Source of the DNA: Anaerolineales bacterium | GTDB taxonomy: Bacteria > Chloroflexota > Anaerolineae > Anaerolineales > UBA11858 | NCBI GenBank assembly: GCA_021108255.1 | Contig: JAIORG010000072.1 | Coordinates: forward strand, 95 to 64,094 | Direction of reading: 5' to 3' | DNA length: 64,000 nt | In this document: positions 54,532 through 63,299 of the stretch, one piece after another | Position numbering within the stretch: the stretch's first letter is position 1 | Layout of the letters: each line of letters opens with the position of its first letter | Translations under genes and position numbers: made by a program | The notes under the pieces: generated by a model | The model's input: the letters and a program-made list of their open reading frames with translations, nothing else | Databases searched by the model: none | Told to the model about the DNA's origin: nothing

Positions 54532-55590
54532 ATGACTTCATTTCATACCATAAAATGGCTGGACTCTGGGTTGGTGAGCATGATTGACCAGCGCAAGCTT
54601 CCCCACGATGTTATTTACAACGAATATCAAGATCCTGCTGCTGTAGCAGGAGCGATCAAAGATATGGTCATCCGCGGCGCTCCTGCAATTGGAGCAGCCG
54701 CAGCTTATGGTTTAGCCCTGGTCCCCTGGCATGACGAGACAGGAAGCCTGGAAGAGGTTTATCAAAAACTTGGGGGAGCGGCGCAGATTCTGCGGGAGTC
54801 CCGGCCGACTGCTGTAAACCTGTTCTGGGCCATAGACCGCATGATGGCTCTGGTTGAGGAAATCGATTATTCTTCGGTAGCAGAATTAAAAGAACGGTTG
54901 TTGAAGGAAGCACTGCTGATTGCCGAAGAAGACGTGGAAACTAACAAAGCCATCGGTAAAAATGCGATGCCCTTGATTCCGGAAGGTGCTGTGATCTTCC
55001 ACCACTGCAATACGGGCAGCCTGGCAGCCGTGGATTATGGCACTGCGCTGGGTATCATCCGTTTGGCGCATGAAGAGAATAAAAACGTATTTGCTTTTGT
55101 GGACGAAACGCGACCCCGACTGCAGGGTGGGCGATTAACAGCCTGGGAACTGCTGCAGTATGGCGTTCCGTTTAAGGTCGTCGCAGACAGCACTTCAGGA
55201 CATTATATGCGGACGCAAAGGGTGGATTTATGTGTGGTGGGGACTGACCGAGTAGCAGCAAATGGCGATGTAGCAAATAAGATAGGAACCTACAATCTGG
55301 CTGTTGTAGCTCATGAAAACAAGGTGCCGTTTTATGTTGCGGTCCCAAAAACAACCATCGATATGAACACGCCTTCCGGAGATCAGATTGAAATCGAGGA
55401 GCGACCGGCTGAAGAGGTCACTCATGTTGGCAGCTGGCAGATCACACCGAATGGCACACCAGTGGGGAACCCGGCATTTGACATTACACCGGCGAAATAT
55501 GTAACTGCCTTCATTACAGAGGATGGGGTTGTGTACCCGCCATATGAAGAAAACCTGGCGAAATTATTCCTGGATGCTGCGGGAGAGTAA
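54532..55590 (+). CDS. mtnA: S-methyl-5-thioribose-1-phosphate isomerase (eIF-2B alpha/beta/delta-like family)
   Basis: IDQRKLP, IRGAPAIG, RPTAVNL, HCNTG.LA, ETRP.LQG.RLTAWEL, VGTDRVAANGD.ANKIGTY are present. Confidence 0.85.
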   Translation: MTSFHTIKWLDSGLVSMIDQRKLPHDVIYNEYQDPAAVAGAIKDMVIRGAPAIGAAAAYGLALVPWHDETGSLEEVYQKLGGAAQILRESRPTAVNLFWAIDRMMALVEEIDYSSVAELKERLLKEALLIAEEDVETNKAIGKNAMPLIPEGAVIFHHCNTGSLAAVDYGTALGIIRLAHEENKNVFAFVDETRPRLQGGRLTAWELLQYGVPFKVVADSTSGHYMRTQRVDLCVVGTDRVAANGDVANKIGTYNLAVVAHENKVPFYVAVPKTTIDMNTPSGDQIEIEERPAEEVTHVGSWQITPNGTPVGNPAFDITPAKYVTAFITEDGVVYPPYEENLAKLFLDAAGE

Positions 55591-55621
55591 GTATATTAAT
55601 TTCAAAGTGGATGAGTAATAA

Positions 55622-56413
55622 ATGAAATTTGAAAAAATAAAAAGAACCGCATGTTTCCTGTTTGACCTGGATGGTACCGTTTACCTTGGAGACCAGCTTC
55701 TTCCTGGTGTCAGGGACCTGCTGGCCTATCTGGATAAAAATTCCAGACCCTATTTATTCCTGACCAACAATTCTTCCCGCTCCCGGGCGGATTATTCATT
55801 AAAGCTGGCTAATTATGGATTAGATACACCTGACGAGAAGATTTTTTCCTCCGGTATGGCAACTGCAATTTATCTAAAGAAACAACAGCCGGGCGCAAGA
55901 GTTTATCTGGTAGGCACTCCATCGCTGGAAGAGGAGTTTCGCTCTTATGAGTTTGAGCTTGTTGAGGAGGATCCGGACTATGCTGTGCTGGGTTTTGATA
56001 CTACCCTGACCTATGAAAAAATCTGGAAGCTGTCCAATTTTGTAAGGGAGGGAAAACCCTATATCGCCACCCATCCGGACATCAACTGTCCTACTCCGGA
56101 CGGATGTATGCCTGATATTGGTGCCATGATGGCGATGATAGCCTCCTCCACAGGGCGGGAACCGGACGTAATAATCGGAAAGCCCCATTCTCCCATGGTG
56201 GAAGCCATTGTTGAAAAAACCGGATTTGATCCTGATAAACTAACCATGGTTGGAGACCGACTGTATACTGATATTGCTATGGGCGCTGCCGGGATCAGTA
56301 CTGTGCTGGTGTTGAGCGGAGAAACTGACATGGAGGATCTGGTGACATCTCCATATCAACCGGATTTTGTATGTGATAACCTGGGGGAGCTGCTGCGGTT
56401 GTTAGATGAGTAG
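55622..56413 (+). CDS. HAD-IIA family phosphatase (NagD-like), paralog of 31405-32220
   Basis: FDLDGTVY, LTNNSSRS, GKPH and GDRLYTDI are present. Confidence 0.85.
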   Translation: MKFEKIKRTACFLFDLDGTVYLGDQLLPGVRDLLAYLDKNSRPYLFLTNNSSRSRADYSLKLANYGLDTPDEKIFSSGMATAIYLKKQQPGARVYLVGTPSLEEEFRSYEFELVEEDPDYAVLGFDTTLTYEKIWKLSNFVREGKPYIATHPDINCPTPDGCMPDIGAMMAMIASSTGREPDVIIGKPHSPMVEAIVEKTGFDPDKLTMVGDRLYTDIAMGAAGISTVLVLSGETDMEDLVTSPYQPDFVCDNLGELLRLLDE

Positions 56414-56484
56414 TTGGTTTTCTGTAAACGTTATTCAGGACGATATACATCCCCTCGTCTCTCCTACCCCCCGTCCCTCTGTCA

Positions 56485-57117
56485 TCAAGTCCTTTTAATC
56501 GTCACCATGTTAAAGAGAGATAACTTGCCCCACGAGCGCTGGAAATCATTCTCAGACATCCAATACAAGTGATCCTTCCCCGGCCAGGAACTGAGAAATC
56601 CCCAGGGAGTAGGCAGATCCTCGGAGTTTCTGTGCTGTGGATCGTAAGCTCCTAGGATCATCAGATGTCCCCCCACAACGCGGGTGGCCCCCAGGGAGCT
56701 GTAAGAGTTCTTCCCTAAAGCAATGACCGGCTCATTGTTCTGGAAATAGGTGACTGAAACCATGGAAAGAGAATTCCCGAGTAGAAGGTTTTCCTTAAGG
56801 ATTTGAAATGTCCCCCTTCTGCTTCTCACTTCTGGTGCCAACCCGTTAAGCTGCCCCAGCCTGCGGACCAAGTTAGCAGCTTGAAAAACAACACTGCCAT
56901 TATTGTTGCCAAAAATAGTATATATGGGTGTGCCTTTCAAGTACCGGCCGTTGACCCAGTCCACCAACGAATCCCCGCTTAGGGAGGTGCCATAGAGCAG
57001 GTTCAGCGCAGCAGCTGCGGCGTACTTACCGCAGTGGTTAGTCTTACCCTGGTTTTGCTGATAGAAAGCTAGTTGTTTTTCTGTCCAACCCTGCCAGTAA
57101 ATAGTGATATTGGACAT
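56485..57117 (-). CDS. Putative papain-fold cysteine peptidase (C39-like domain), cytoplasmic
   Basis: YQQNQGKTNHCGKYAAAAALNLL (Gln oxyanion plus Cys) and GGHLMILGAYD (His) appear in the order expected for C39-like peptidases. There is no signal peptide. Confidence 0.4.
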   Translation of the reverse strand: MSNITIYWQGWTEKQLAFYQQNQGKTNHCGKYAAAAALNLLYGTSLSGDSLVDWVNGRYLKGTPIYTIFGNNNGSVVFQAANLVRRLGQLNGLAPEVRSRRGTFQILKENLLLGNSLSMVSVTYFQNNEPVIALGKNSYSSLGATRVVGGHLMILGAYDPQHRNSEDLPTPWGFLSSWPGKDHLYWMSENDFQRSWGKLSLFNMVTIKRT

Positions 57118-57246
57118 AATTGTTGGATCTCCTGAAAGTATTTCTTTAATAATCGACCCAGGATAAATAACAAATGGATTGTATGCCTGATATTTGAGGG
57201 TTTCCCCTCAGATTACTGATTTCAGACAACTAAATACCGGACATTT

Positions 57247-59268
57247 TTACTCGTGCAGGGTTTCCCATTCTGCCAGCAGCTTATCAAGCGCTTTTTCGGT
57301 ATCACCATAGCGTTTCCCGAGTTGAACTATCTCTCCGGCATCATCAGGAGGATCGGTCAGCGATTTGCCGAGTTCTTCCAGTAACTTTTCCAGTTCTGAA
57401 ATGAGATTTTCCACTTCCTGCAGCCGGGCAGACCTTTTACGATCATCTGCCAGGGCCTTGTTTTTGGCGGCTTTTCTATCCTTGTACGAATCCAGAGATT
57501 CTTCATCGAGGTTGATCAAATCCTGTGCAGCCGCCCTGTTTTCCCGCAGATAAGTTTGATAGGATTGGTAATTTCCTTCAAAGAGAATCAGGTTTTCCTC
57601 GTTTACATCAATTTCCCAGATCTGGCTGGCAAGGGTATTGATAAGATACCGATCGTGGGAAACCAGAAGAATGGTACCTGGGTAAGAGGTTAACACGGCC
57701 TGCAGGGTTTCCTGAGATGGAATATCAAGGTGGTTGGTTGGCTCGTCCAGCAATAACAAATTTGCTTTACTCAGAGAGAGCTTAGCCAGTGCCAGTCGCC
57801 CTCTTTCCCCCCCGGATAGCACGCCGACTTTTTTATAGACTTCTTCTCCGGAGAATAGATACGCGCCCAGGTATCCCCGGGCCGTGTTTTCTGATTGAAA
57901 TTTCCCTGCAAGTTCGATTTCTTCCAGAACAGTATTGCTGTCATCAAGATCCTGGTGAGCCTGGGCAAAGTATCCTACATCCAGGTTGGCGCCGAGCTTC
58001 ACACTGCCTGACCAGGAATTGAGTTGATCCAGGATTGTTTTCAAGAAAGTAGTTTTTCCCGCTCCGTTGGGGCCGATCAAGGCGGCACATTCTCCACGAA
58101 GCAGAGTGATGTCTGGAACAGAGAAAAGAGGTTTCTTCCCGTCCGGGTAGCCAATTTCAAGGTTAGTTGTCCGTATAACCAGGTCGCCGCCTCTCTTTTT
58201 GGTATTTAAACTCATATTTAATATCTGCGGCTGTTTCACTGGATTCCTTAAGGAAGAGATCCGCTTATGGGCTTCTTGGACACTCATATAACTGGTGCTT
58301 GTTTGGACACTCTGACTGATTTTCCCCCAGGATTTTCCCTGGATTGCCTGTATTCCCAACTGCTCAATTGACTGCACTCGTCGACTTAAGAGGCGCAGTT
58401 TACCTTTGGCTTGGTTTGTGTTCTGCCCGGCGATATTTCTTTTTACGTAATCCAGTTCATTAACCAGACGGGATTTTTCTGCTTCAAAGGTTTCCTGCTG
58501 TCGCTCCCAGCGGGATTGGCGCTGGTTTAGGTAAGCGCTGTAATTTCCACGGTAGGTTTCAAATCCTCCCCGACTCATCTCCCAAATTTGGTTGCAGACC
58601 TGATCTATAAAGTAACGGTCATGGGATACCAACAAGATACTGCCAGGGTAATTTTTTAAATATCCTTCCAGCCACTGGATTGCTTCTATATCAAGGTGAT
58701 TGGTGGGTTCGTCAAATATCAGTAAATCTGAAGAGGTGAGCAGCAATTGGCTGAGAAGAGCCCTGGTTCGTTGTCCGCCTGAGAGATGGTTTACCGGCAT
58801 GTGGAAATCTTGAGCATTGAAACCCAACCCGGCCAGCACCTGCTGAATTCTGCTTTCGTAAGTATATCCACCCCTGTGTTCAAAAGCAGCCTGGAGAGTT
58901 CCGTAGCGGGTTAAGAGCTCTTCGGTTGGCCCGCCGGGTTGGCTCATAGTTAATTCAAGCTCTTGCAGTTCGCGCTCGATCTCTCTCAGGTCATCGAAAG
59001 CGGTTAGGGTTTCTTCCCATAAAGAATGGTTTGAATTTAAATCACTTTTCTGCGGCAAATATCTGATTTTGAGCTGGTTTGCCCGTTGGATTTTTCCCTC
59101 TGAAGGAGATTCCTGGTCTGCCAGGACATTAAGCAGGGTGGTTTTTCCGATGCCATTTTCCCCTACCAGCGCGATCCTGGACTGGGGAGGGATGGTCAGG
59201 TTCAATCCGCTGAAAATATCAACAGAGCCGTATGATTTGGATAACCCCGAGGTGGTGATAAGTGACAT
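57247..59268 (-). CDS. ABC-F family ATPase (two NBDs, C-terminal coiled coil)
   Basis: Two Walker A motifs (GENGIGKTT, GPNGAGKTT), two signature motifs (LSGGQR, LSGGER), no TM segments, and a charged linker plus tail. Confidence 0.9.
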   Translation of the reverse strand: MSLITTSGLSKSYGSVDIFSGLNLTIPPQSRIALVGENGIGKTTLLNVLADQESPSEGKIQRANQLKIRYLPQKSDLNSNHSLWEETLTAFDDLREIERELQELELTMSQPGGPTEELLTRYGTLQAAFEHRGGYTYESRIQQVLAGLGFNAQDFHMPVNHLSGGQRTRALLSQLLLTSSDLLIFDEPTNHLDIEAIQWLEGYLKNYPGSILLVSHDRYFIDQVCNQIWEMSRGGFETYRGNYSAYLNQRQSRWERQQETFEAEKSRLVNELDYVKRNIAGQNTNQAKGKLRLLSRRVQSIEQLGIQAIQGKSWGKISQSVQTSTSYMSVQEAHKRISSLRNPVKQPQILNMSLNTKKRGGDLVIRTTNLEIGYPDGKKPLFSVPDITLLRGECAALIGPNGAGKTTFLKTILDQLNSWSGSVKLGANLDVGYFAQAHQDLDDSNTVLEEIELAGKFQSENTARGYLGAYLFSGEEVYKKVGVLSGGERGRLALAKLSLSKANLLLLDEPTNHLDIPSQETLQAVLTSYPGTILLVSHDRYLINTLASQIWEIDVNEENLILFEGNYQSYQTYLRENRAAAQDLINLDEESLDSYKDRKAAKNKALADDRKRSARLQEVENLISELEKLLEELGKSLTDPPDDAGEIVQLGKRYGDTEKALDKLLAEWETLHE

Positions 59269-59350
59269 AAAGCCTTCAATTTTATAGCTAAGCAGTAAGC
59301 TGACGGGCTAAATAAACCAGTTGAATAACAGATTTTCCTGGTCTGGAGCA

Positions 59351-59359
59351 TGTTATAAT
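59351..59359 (+). promoter_or_regulatory. Extended -10 element TGtTATAAT upstream of the LCP gene
   Basis: TGTTATAAT at 59351-59359, 80 nt before ATG 59439. Confidence 0.3.
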
Positions 59360-59438
59360 CGCGACCATAACAAACAGGACAATCGTGAGCTATTATAGTC
59401 TGGTATAAAAAAATTGACAGGGGTCTTTCCGAGTCGTT

Positions 59439-60863
59439 ATGAATGGTAATTCATCTCAACCAATAAAATCAACCGATTGGACAAAACGTGGTTTGTGGGC
59501 AGCTTTTTTAATTTCCGCTTTAATTACTGCCTTGCTGGCTTTCAAGGGGGCGAATAACAAAACAGGAACACCTTCGCCGGCACTGACAGATGGAGTTGCT
59601 TCCTCATTCTCTGATCCTGAGAACATACAACCCACTCTGGATAACGATCGGCTGCTTCAGGGTAATTCCGATAGGCCAGGTTTTAAAGAACTCAACCTGG
59701 ATCAGACAATTTATTTCTTGCTGACTGGATTGGATAAACGGGAATGGGAAGGAGATACCGGACCGGGATTAACGGATACAAACATCGTAGCTTTTCTCGA
59801 TGTTCAGAAACAATCTGCAGGTTTAATCTCGATTCCCCGGGACACATTTGTAGAAGTGCCCAAGTATGGACCGTTTAAAATCAATCAGGCATTTTCTCTG
59901 GGAGAGGCATACGGTTATCCGGGCGGCGGACCAGCATTGCTGATGGAAAGCGCCGGGAACTTGCTCGGGACCACCATCGATTATTATATTCAGGTGGATT
60001 TTGACGCATTTGTAATCCTGGTGGATTCGGTCAATGGGGTCGAGGTAAATGTACAAGAAAAAATACTGGTTGATCCTGATCCCTCGGTGAAAGGGGATAT
60101 GAAAAAATTATTGCCTGGAAAACAGTTGCTGTCGGGTGACCTGGCTTTAGGATATGTACGGACCAGGGGAACTGCGGAAGGGGATTTCGGTCGGACTAAG
60201 CGGCAGCAGCAAGTCCTGATCGGATTACAAAAGAAGATCTTTTCTTATGAGGTTTTACCGGGGCTGATTCCCAAGCTGCCGTCTCTATACCAGGAACTTT
60301 ATACTCATATTGAAACAAACCTCACTCTAAGCCAGGTAGTGACTCTTGCCTGGGCTGTCAAAGATATCAACCCACAAAGTCTGCAAACCACAGTTATCAA
60401 CAGGCCTCTGGTAGAAGCGGGATTTAATTCCCGGGATCAATATGTGTTATTCCCGGATATTGAACGAATTCAGAAAGTCTGGGGTGACATGCAGCAAGTA
60501 GCAGCTACTCCTGTACCGGAACCAACCCAGGAAATCACCCTGGATGAACATATCCTGGAAGAAAATGCCAAAGTGGCTGTCATGAATGGAACCACTTCAC
60601 CGGGATTGGCAGGAGAAACAGCAGATTTCTTTATCGCGAATGGTTTCCAAATTACTGAAGTGGGAAACTCGGATAAGTTCAAAGACCAAACGTTTATTTA
60701 TGATTATTCCGGGAATCCATATACAATTCAGGCACTGCTGGATTTAATGGGGTATTCTCAAACCCGGCTTTTTTACCGATCTGATCCGAACAGCACTGTT
60801 GATATTGTCATTGAGCTCGGGGCAGATTGGGTCCTTGAAAACACATTTCCAGATCCCGAATAG
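59439..60863 (+). CDS. LytR-CpsA-Psr (LCP) family protein with C-terminal LytR_C domain
   Basis: An N-terminal TM segment, an LCP core (SIPRDT, KIN.A, GG..L, YVR.R....DF.R..RQQ), and a C-terminal LytR_C-like domain (KVAVMNGT...GLAG). Confidence 0.85.
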   Translation: MNGNSSQPIKSTDWTKRGLWAAFLISALITALLAFKGANNKTGTPSPALTDGVASSFSDPENIQPTLDNDRLLQGNSDRPGFKELNLDQTIYFLLTGLDKREWEGDTGPGLTDTNIVAFLDVQKQSAGLISIPRDTFVEVPKYGPFKINQAFSLGEAYGYPGGGPALLMESAGNLLGTTIDYYIQVDFDAFVILVDSVNGVEVNVQEKILVDPDPSVKGDMKKLLPGKQLLSGDLALGYVRTRGTAEGDFGRTKRQQQVLIGLQKKIFSYEVLPGLIPKLPSLYQELYTHIETNLTLSQVVTLAWAVKDINPQSLQTTVINRPLVEAGFNSRDQYVLFPDIERIQKVWGDMQQVAATPVPEPTQEITLDEHILEENAKVAVMNGTTSPGLAGETADFFIANGFQITEVGNSDKFKDQTFIYDYSGNPYTIQALLDLMGYSQTRLFYRSDPNSTVDIVIELGADWVLENTFPDPE

Positions 60864-60920
60864 AAAAACAATTACCCTTGTCAGAACCATACAATAGGGC
60901 ATAAATTGAGAAAATCCTGT

Positions 60921-60949
60921 TTGACACCATACAAGAATACCGATAGACT
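60921..60949 (+). promoter_or_regulatory. Candidate promoter of the FHA gene
   Basis: TTGACA (60921-60926), a 17-nt spacer, then TAGACT (60944-60949). Confidence 0.35.
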
Positions 60950-60987
60950 GTAAGTAACATTCATTTTGCAGAAGCAGGAGGACGTTT

Positions 60988-61617
60988 ATGGGGTATAAAA
61001 AATTTCGTCTGACGGTTATTAAGGGATTTAATAAAGGGGAAGTGTTTCCCTTGGAGGAAGATGAGGTAATCATTGGTCGGGGAGAAGAAAATAGTATAGT
61101 CCTGAACATTGCTGAGGTTTCCAGAAAGCATTCGGTTCTAACCAGGGGGGAAGAGGGCTATATAATCAAAGATCTGGATTCCACAAACGGCACTTTTGTA
61201 GACAAGAAGAAAGTTGGAGATAAGTATCTCCTGAAACCCGGAGACACAATTATGCTGGGGGATGCGATTTACCTCACCTACCAAGCAGATGTAGATCCTG
61301 AAGAAACGCTGGTAGCACTCCGCCCGGTGGAGATCAGCTCGCCCGATGACACAGCTGAGGCACCAAAACCTGCTGCCCAGGAGAGGGCATCTTCCCCGGT
61401 AGCAGCTCAAGGGCAAAGGAAAACAGCAAAAGATAATTTATCCCAGAGCCAGGTCACTGAGGAGAAAAAAGGCCGGACATGGTTATGGGCCGGTATTGGA
61501 TGTGTAGTGGTGATTATTTTCTTGATCGTGATCGGGTTGATCATTTTTGACTACCTGAATCTGTACTGCACACCGCCATTTGATACGCTGCTGAATTTTC
61601 TCTATATCTGCCCTTAA
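60988..61617 (+). CDS. FHA-domain protein with C-terminal transmembrane anchor
   Basis: FHA core (IIGRGEEN.IVL....VSRKH..L......Y.I.DL.STNGTFV) and a C-terminal TM segment (LWAGIGCVVVIIFLIVIGLIIF). Confidence 0.85.
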   Translation: MGYKKFRLTVIKGFNKGEVFPLEEDEVIIGRGEENSIVLNIAEVSRKHSVLTRGEEGYIIKDLDSTNGTFVDKKKVGDKYLLKPGDTIMLGDAIYLTYQADVDPEETLVALRPVEISSPDDTAEAPKPAAQERASSPVAAQGQRKTAKDNLSQSQVTEEKKGRTWLWAGIGCVVVIIFLIVIGLIIFDYLNLYCTPPFDTLLNFLYICP

Positions 61618-61709
61618 TAATGAACCGGGCAAGATACTTGTTAATCCTTTCTTAAGGATTTAACTCACAGATACCGGGAGGATACTGGGCATAGACAGCT
61701 CTGGTTGAA

Positions 61710-62960
61710 ATGAATCAATCCAAGGAATATGAAATTACCCCCACCGTATATGTGTATGGTGGAGAAACCCTCGCCCGACTTCCCGATGGTCGGGCAGTTT
61801 TTATCCCTTATGCCCTTCCAGATGAAAGAATTCGGATCAGGCTCGTAGAGGAAAAAGAACGCTACACAAGGGCCGAGCTGCTTGAAGTCCTGACTGAATC
61901 TCCCGATAGAATTGAACCTCGCTGTGCTCATTTTACCCAATGCGGTGGATGCCACTATCAGCATATTCCTTATCAGGAACAATTAATCATTAAACAAGCT
62001 ATCCTGAAAAATCAACTGGAACGAGTTGGCAAACTCCCTGATCCTCCTGTGAACAGCATGATTCCATCGCCGACCGCCTGGAATTACCGGAACCATATCC
62101 AATTACATATTTCCAAAAATGGAACCCCGGGTTATTTCAAACATCGTTCAAAACAAGTGGTTCCTATTCAAGAATGCCATCTGCCGGAAGAGAGCCTAAA
62201 CCAGATCTGGCCGGCACTGGACCTGGAATTTATACCCGGGTTAGATCGGGTTAGTCTCCGGGCAGGCGAAGGGGGGCAGGATACAATGATTATCCTGGAA
62301 AGCAGCGACCCCAAACCGATTGAGTTTGTGGTTGACCTGCCTTTGTCCGCGGTCCACCAGGGGCCGGATGGAGAGATCGTGCTCTCCGGGGATGATTTTA
62401 CAATTATTGAGGTCTACGGCTTTCCTTTTGTTGTGTCTGCGGGATCCTTTTTTCAGGTAAATACTCCCGTGGCAGAATTGATGGTGGATTATCTTCTGGA
62501 TACCCTGCCCTTGGCGGAACATACAGTTCTGCTGGATGTCTATTGCGGTGTAGGGCTGTTCAGCGTGTTTTTAGCCCCCCTGGTAAAACAAGTAATTGGT
62601 ATTGAATCAGATCCTTCAGCAGTAGAAGATTTCCTCTATAACCTGGCAGGATTTGACTCGGTTGAGCTGTATGATGTCCCGGCGGAAGATATTTTGCCTT
62701 ACCTTGAGGTTTCTCCCGACATCATTTTGCTTGATCCCCCCAGGGCGGGCATTTCAAAAAAGGTTTTGGACAGTGTGGTTTCCTTACAACCGGATTTGAT
62801 TGCCTACATTTCCTGTGATCCGGCGACGCTGGCTCGGGATGTGTCACGGCTGCACAATCAAGGATATCAACTGCAGCAATCAACTCCATTTGATATGTTC
62901 CCCCAAACCTACCATATTGAGAGCATTAATTTATTTCAAAGAGCATCTCAGGATGTATGA
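61710..62960 (+). CDS. 23S rRNA (uracil-C5)-methyltransferase, RlmD/RumA family
   Basis: TRAM-like N-terminus, Fe-S Cys motif CAHFTQCGGCHYQH, SAM motif LDVYCGVG, DPPRAG, and the catalytic SCDPATLARD. Confidence 0.85.
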   Translation: MNQSKEYEITPTVYVYGGETLARLPDGRAVFIPYALPDERIRIRLVEEKERYTRAELLEVLTESPDRIEPRCAHFTQCGGCHYQHIPYQEQLIIKQAILKNQLERVGKLPDPPVNSMIPSPTAWNYRNHIQLHISKNGTPGYFKHRSKQVVPIQECHLPEESLNQIWPALDLEFIPGLDRVSLRAGEGGQDTMIILESSDPKPIEFVVDLPLSAVHQGPDGEIVLSGDDFTIIEVYGFPFVVSAGSFFQVNTPVAELMVDYLLDTLPLAEHTVLLDVYCGVGLFSVFLAPLVKQVIGIESDPSAVEDFLYNLAGFDSVELYDVPAEDILPYLEVSPDIILLDPPRAGISKKVLDSVVSLQPDLIAYISCDPATLARDVSRLHNQGYQLQQSTPFDMFPQTYHIESINLFQRASQDV

Positions 62961-63187
62961 TATTTTGCACTTTGACTGCTATTTACATTAGAGTAAAATA
63001 AAAGGACATAATCTAACTGATTCGAATAGAGGATAATCCAGAGATCGACAGGACATTCTCTCGGGAAACCATTTGATGGTGTTAATTGAACTTATTGCTC
63101 TTTGTCCATTCCAGCGGCTCAATATTCTTACCAGGTTGCTGGTTATGATTCAGTTGACCTTATCCGATACCTGAAAATGGTACCAGG

Positions 63188-63220
63188 CCTGTTTCGACAA
63201 AAACGAAACGGGCTTTTTTT
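63188..63220 (+). terminator. Rho-independent terminator/attenuator hairpin 80 nt upstream of the next start codon
   Basis: 9-bp stem CCTGTTTCG / CGAAACGGG (one G-U pair) with loop ACAAAAA, followed by CTTTTTTT. Confidence 0.7.
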
Positions 63221-63299
63221 GTCACTACTTTTGTATTATTATAGTAATCCACAAATATTCACAGAAACACCCTTTTAGATTCTCTTTGGGAGGGAAAAC

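Noticed and set aside
62961-63299. Firm assignment of the leader as a T-box or TPP riboswitch.
   Set aside because: Only short fragments resemble the consensus (UGGUACC; GGAUAAUCCAG). I could not identify Stem I specifier/AG-bulge elements or the TPP CUGAGA/ACCUGA core by eye. It is reported only as an unassigned candidate leader.
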